DNA of 64,000 bases. It comes from Oculina patagonica (lineage: Eukaryota). Under the pieces are notes generated by a model that saw only the letters and a list, made by a program, of their open reading frames with translations, was not told where the DNA came from and made no database searches. A program made the translations under genes and the position numbers. The stretch covers positions 868,001-932,000 of the forward strand of contig NC_135765.1 in assembly GCF_052425735.1 (NCBI RefSeq). Reading direction: 5' to 3'. Shown piece by piece: positions 62,501-64,000 of this stretch (position 1 is the first letter of the stretch; each line of letters begins with the position of its first letter).

Positions 62501-62670
62501 GTCAACCCAAGGTTCCACAGAAGAGATTGCGCTTCGACGACTGTGACACCACCGAACCCGGGCCAGTCCTCACTAACGGCCACTCGACGGACAAGGAGAC
62601 TGGGTCACATGTGAATGGAACAAATGGTTCAAAAGATGAGCAAGAATCTGAAACTACGGAACAGAGTTGA
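42309..62670 (+). CDS. RB1: Retinoblastoma-associated protein (pRb/RB1 orthologue), about 789 aa, 32 coding exons
   Basis: Hand-spliced GT-AG exons in consistent phase, total 2370 nt: 42309-42428, 42644-42699, 43055-43129, 43404-43535, 43998-44042, 44177-44235, 44698-44802, 45042-45067, 45200-45253, 45636-45689, 53879-53902, 54077-54294, 54529-54591, 55475-55511, 55849-55894, 55999-56069, 56364-56420, 56766-56797, 56960-57042, 57317-57363, 57694-57765, 58004-58054, 58285-58343, 59185-59240, 59405-59469, 59687-59764, 60129-60233, 60706-60813, 61261-61298, 61491-61565, 62019-62049, 62443-62670. RB motifs: REKAWNVWE, YEEIYDKSRDVDERDF, LYYRVMEAML.EEKRLS, FHVSLMACSLEVV, FPWIL..AFDFFKVIESF, LESLAW, LMKDRHLDQMLLCAVY, DSIIGFYN..MKTNILQF, RIPG..FYLSPLK, TPKSR, KRLRFD. 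The short spacer and RB1-type C-terminus favour RB1 over p107/p130. Confidence 0.93.
45866..47015 (+). repeat. 5' LTR (1150 bp)
   Basis: TG...CA ends with an 11-bp imperfect inverted repeat. By eye it matches the 3' LTR except for one A in a homopolymer (TTGTT-A6-CAGG versus A5). Confidence 0.97.
47019..47036 (+). promoter_or_regulatory. Primer-binding site complementary to the 3' end of tRNA-Leu (TAA type)
   Basis: TGGTACCAGGAGTGGGGT, 3 nt after the LTR, is the reverse complement of ...ACCCCACTCCTGGTA-CCA. I recall this as the 3' end of metazoan tRNA-Leu(TAA). Confidence 0.85.
47117..48175 (+). CDS. gag: Gag (N-terminal coiled coil, PNMA-like capsid, CCHC zinc knuckle), 352 aa
   Basis: Capsid region LKKFSG...LEGPAKE...LRDHFIENVRD; zinc knuckle CFRCGSANHFARNC. 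Confidence 0.93.
   Translation: MTEEDVTALKTKVEELEEQQKQAHDLLKTLQAQAASQQQGSPGTEGTPPKPEARQLVVVPNEHRLKKFSGRQGENELSIDDFIDNAKSAITSRGLPPSEQANFIFSYLEGPAKEETKLFPKGDLKEPEKIFGLLQESFGEKRSVPQLLKAFYDRRQREGETLRSYSHALRDLQAKILKKQPKTSDSDSALRDHFIENVRDSLLRKELRKSVRSHPSISFLDVREEAIRWAEEDEKISPPRSRIVSSQETTSSEQPPPPSLASTMAEIMKTLQGQQKAIEDLASNISKMNSQQDIGRQRPPTHTQPSPPGAGMTANKCFRCGSANHFARNCPSRNQPPPPRNLPPRPPHRPLN
48166..52560 (+). CDS. pol: Pol polyprotein (protease, RT, RNase H, integrase), probably made as Gag-Pol by -1 frameshift
   Basis: Protease LLDSGS. RT LRMCVDYRRLN, MPFGL and YLDD. RNase H TDAS, ELLAL and NADALSR. Integrase H-x4-H..CERC, AIDF, HSDQG and QCERFN. The ORF is uninterrupted and in the -1 frame relative to gag. 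Confidence 0.96.
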   Translation, partial: VKLVPPAAASQVAGGNSPGSSCAPQLPGSVYERAVGSCPVTTVKLGGVPVRCLLDSGSQVSTITESFFNQHFRPRGSDLLDTSKWLTLTAANGLEIPYIGYLELDFEAQGMTIPQRGILVVKDPLGPESRTRKEAVPGLLGMNIIQKMNEKAEQLEDTAWTSTLQAVTRAATSVRGLARIASKNDVRIPAGSITTVDATGYRGSLPGEEKCVLIEPLRDQTRHGLIIASTLTSVRGRHVKVQVANVGQEDVWLRPRERIGTMHAVSGVQEDYQDFDFTQVSVHEVVIHHKDEKAPKHKESPKSPPLSSPAFSGDSTPEQQAQLDELLARYKDMFVTDDDELGYTETVKHKVFTTDDIPVNQPFRRIPPNQYQEAKEHIQKLLEQGIIRESHSPYSSPIVLVRKKNGSLRMCVDYRRLNAKTVKDAYPLPRIQESFDALQGASWFSTLDLASGFNQVAVDEEDKAKTAFITPFGLFEYNRMPFGLCNAPASFARLMQACLNEQIFQILLVYLDDILIYSRTFEEHLERLEMVLNRLRKHGLKLRLEKCNFLKRKVTYLGHEVSGDGISPEPQKLAAVKEWPVPTTVKELRTFLGFASYYRRFIDSFAKIAGPLHQLANESLHELKTIKKLSKPFTAKWNIKCQQAFDTLREKLTTAPVLGYADYTKPFIVETDASHDGLGAVLSQEQDGKRCVIAYASRRLRPPEKNMQNYSSRKLELLALKWAVTEKFRSYLLGSEFVIYTDNNPLSHLQTAKLGAVEQRWAAELALFKFTIKYRPGRANGNADALSRATHRPREPEQTHPQVDDMADVQMNEINAMQPTQIPIELREIVINSAEHDPPTRDTQKTTHTALPTHNLSDLREMQMADPIIRRFHLYWSRNQKPTLQERKRETKDTLTLLNQWDKISEENGVMYRTIQDPNHGQCKQLVLPQILKEKILTSLHDDMGHQGLERTLHLVRDRCYWPRMNNDVEAWIKKCERCTLSKQPLPRVRPAMGHLLATKPLEVLAIDFTLLEPATDGRENVLVMTDVFTKFTHAVPTKDQRASTTAKVLLKEWFFKYGVPLRIHSDQGRSFENALITELCKLYDIKKSRTTPYHPQGNAQCERFNRTMHNLLRSLPPEKKRKWPEHLPELLYAYNAVPHASTSYSPYYLMFLRDPRLPADLLLGAEGSDQPEIDWLATHKERLRDAYLKAGEQLRHQAEARKAANDKRSFDPPVEKGQFVYLRSHPKGRNKIQDAWDPTLYRVENTPGPEGVVYTVVPAHGNGPAKRVHRTLMRPCQKTVQPCPVTSPVSHSSPSSSRPSNRVLDPALGDDEFIVMARSPRTAMNAANPPDPASQVPEPEEIPEQNPTETAAEPPDSYEPAVPVIPVAETEPPGEVPEPHEPADPVPLAEAEPPGEVLPEELLEPVAEAEDTTVRRSTRTTAGQNPNPYREPRSAVNNSVTVTVKDLPLYFILLIWAIAYSFW
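52621..52633 (+). promoter_or_regulatory. Polypurine tract
   Basis: AGCAGGGGAGAAA immediately before the 3' LTR. Confidence 0.85.
52634..53782 (+). repeat. 3' LTR (1149 bp)
   Basis: Direct repeat of 45866-47015. Confidence 0.97.
54700..55200 (+). mobile_element. Probable truncated retroelement 5' end (ORF1/Gag-like N-terminus) in an RB1 intron
   Basis: GC-richer island with an ORF from the ATG at about 54839: MAHQGSTSPVLPRRSGRKVKP...AAEIKLGQLQQAKLALELEVLKLRA (coiled coil). It interrupts a GGTTAGCCTAAATAGCAC-type short repeat present on both sides. Confidence 0.4.
56833..56891. repeat. (TAA)n microsatellite in an RB1 intron
   Basis: About 19 units; gives the spurious poly-Ile ORF. Confidence 0.95.
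58609..59083. mobile_element. 475-bp Tc1/mariner-pogo-type MITE in an RB1 intron
   Basis: Perfect 23-bp TIR CCGTAATGATTCGATTTAGCGCC, TA TSD on both sides, and about 10 internal AATAAGCGCCC repeats. Confidence 0.92.
59512..59566. repeat. Poly-T tract (about 55 nt)
   Basis: Read directly from the sequence. Confidence 0.95.
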
Positions 62671-64000
62671 CACATTAGGACATGTGACAGATTAAAGTCT
62701 ATATAAAATCCTTATCACCTTATAAGCCTTATCGCCGTAGGTTTTAACGTATTTATCATCTTTGTAGCTTCAAAGAATTGCGCTTTAGAAACGATTTGTG
62801 CTTTATAACATGGCATCTTGCTTTACAGTACCCGCCATATAATCATATTACACAGTGCAACCCTAATTTGTGTAAAGATCCATTTCATGTTTTCCCTACT
62901 CAAAATGTCTCGATTCTGATTGGTAAATGATGAGTGCATTAAAACATGTTAAAAGTATAAGGAAATATGCCCACTGTGATCTCATCAAGATTGATTCTTT
63001 GAATTTCCCAAATTATGGTTGCTCTATTCCATGGTTCTATTTTATAAATGGGACCAGATGTAGTAAGTCTTTCCCATCTCGTTGTGGAGCCAGAAATAGC
63101 GAGTGGAAGAGACTGAATACTCTGGCCTTAATTGCCAGAGACACTTTTTACCATGGACGAGATGAAATTCACGCGTTATTATAAAAATCAGAAAACTCAA
63201 ACATTTTAACTTTTCGTAGGAGAAAATCTTTTGAATAATTACAAAGATGAGTTTAAACTAATGTATTTATACATTCATCTTTATTCTAACTTATGATGTT
63301 ACCAAATACTCGAATTAAACATTGAAATATTTAATATCAGGTTTTGGGTTTTTTTGTGTCTTGTTGGGTGCATGCCTTTTGTGGAGGATCTGTTCAATAG
63401 CGACCTTGATCGAAAGCAATTAATCTCCCCTGTCAATTTCAAGAGGGTTCCCCCTCTCTCCTCCCAGGAGTACAAATGGATCCCGGTGAACTGTAAAAGC
63501 AAACTAACAAACTCCTTTGCAAACTGTATTTTACCTTCCCCACCCCCTCACTCTACATTCGGCTTCACTCCTACTTCCTGGAAAGCGTTTTTCCCTCCCT
63601 CCCGAGGTCGAATCCAAGATGGCGCTCGCTCGCTAAAACACGCCCACATTGCAAGCTAAGGTAACAGCGATTGACTAACGGCCTTGAATTCCGACATCCG
63701 TCTTGAAAAGTCCTTGAATTTTTTTAACAAAGCTTGAAAATTACATATTTAAAACAGCATTTTCACCGGCGAAGAACTCGCGTGGACTGAAACACGCCTA
63801 GGGCTAAAATATGTCGATGAGTTCATAACTCACCAGTCAAAAAGGAAGGAAGGATTTACATTGTTTTCAATTTATGACTAGTATTACGGAAACCGCATGC
63901 TTGTTGCGGAGATAAGGTACTTCTGTTTTGAGGGTTTTGTCCCGTTAGGTCGCCGTTATAAAATTACTGAGAAGAAAATTTTTTTTTTTTGCATAGTTAA

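Noticed and set aside
42309-62670. Assignment as RBL1/RBL2 (p107/p130)
   Set aside because: It lacks the long spacer with a cyclin-binding motif and the B-box insertion. The C-terminal RIPG/KTNILQ/KRLRFD motifs and the exon sizes match RB1.
63595-63660. YY1-like CAAGATGGCG as the promoter of a downstream gene
   Set aside because: No supporting exon within the window, and the motif sits in repeat-like sequence; cannot be supported.

Overview
Eukaryotic (animal) genomic DNA, most likely a stony coral or another anthozoan; this is inferred from the gene families and repeat types, not proven. Left part (1-25 kb): the 3' end of an Ig-Ig-fibrinogen-like (Caspr/neurexin-IV-type) gene, a tandem array of three intronless class A GPCRs plus an orphan fourth upstream block whose CDS is gone, and three spliced genes for small secreted PAN/apple-EGF-F5/8C (discoidin) proteins. 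Middle (25-40 kb): gene-poor transposon debris with MITEs, a Harbinger transposase relic, a 26-bp minisatellite and a 159-N gap. Right part (40-62.7 kb): a complete retinoblastoma (RB1) orthologue, which I assembled by hand into 32 coding exons (about 789 aa), preceded by a cluster of E2F and ETS motifs. One RB1 intron carries a very young, intact, sense-oriented 7.9-kb Ty3/Gypsy LTR retrotransposon. It has near-identical LTRs, a CAAC target-site duplication (TSD), a tRNA-Leu primer-binding site (PBS), a -1 frameshift signal with a predicted pseudoknot, and an unusual hydrophobic C-terminal tail on Pol. I see no clear wholly new biological system. The most interesting leads are the LTR-RB1 interaction, the Pol tail, the missing CDK sites in RB, and the apparent disulfide rewiring in the discoidin proteins.
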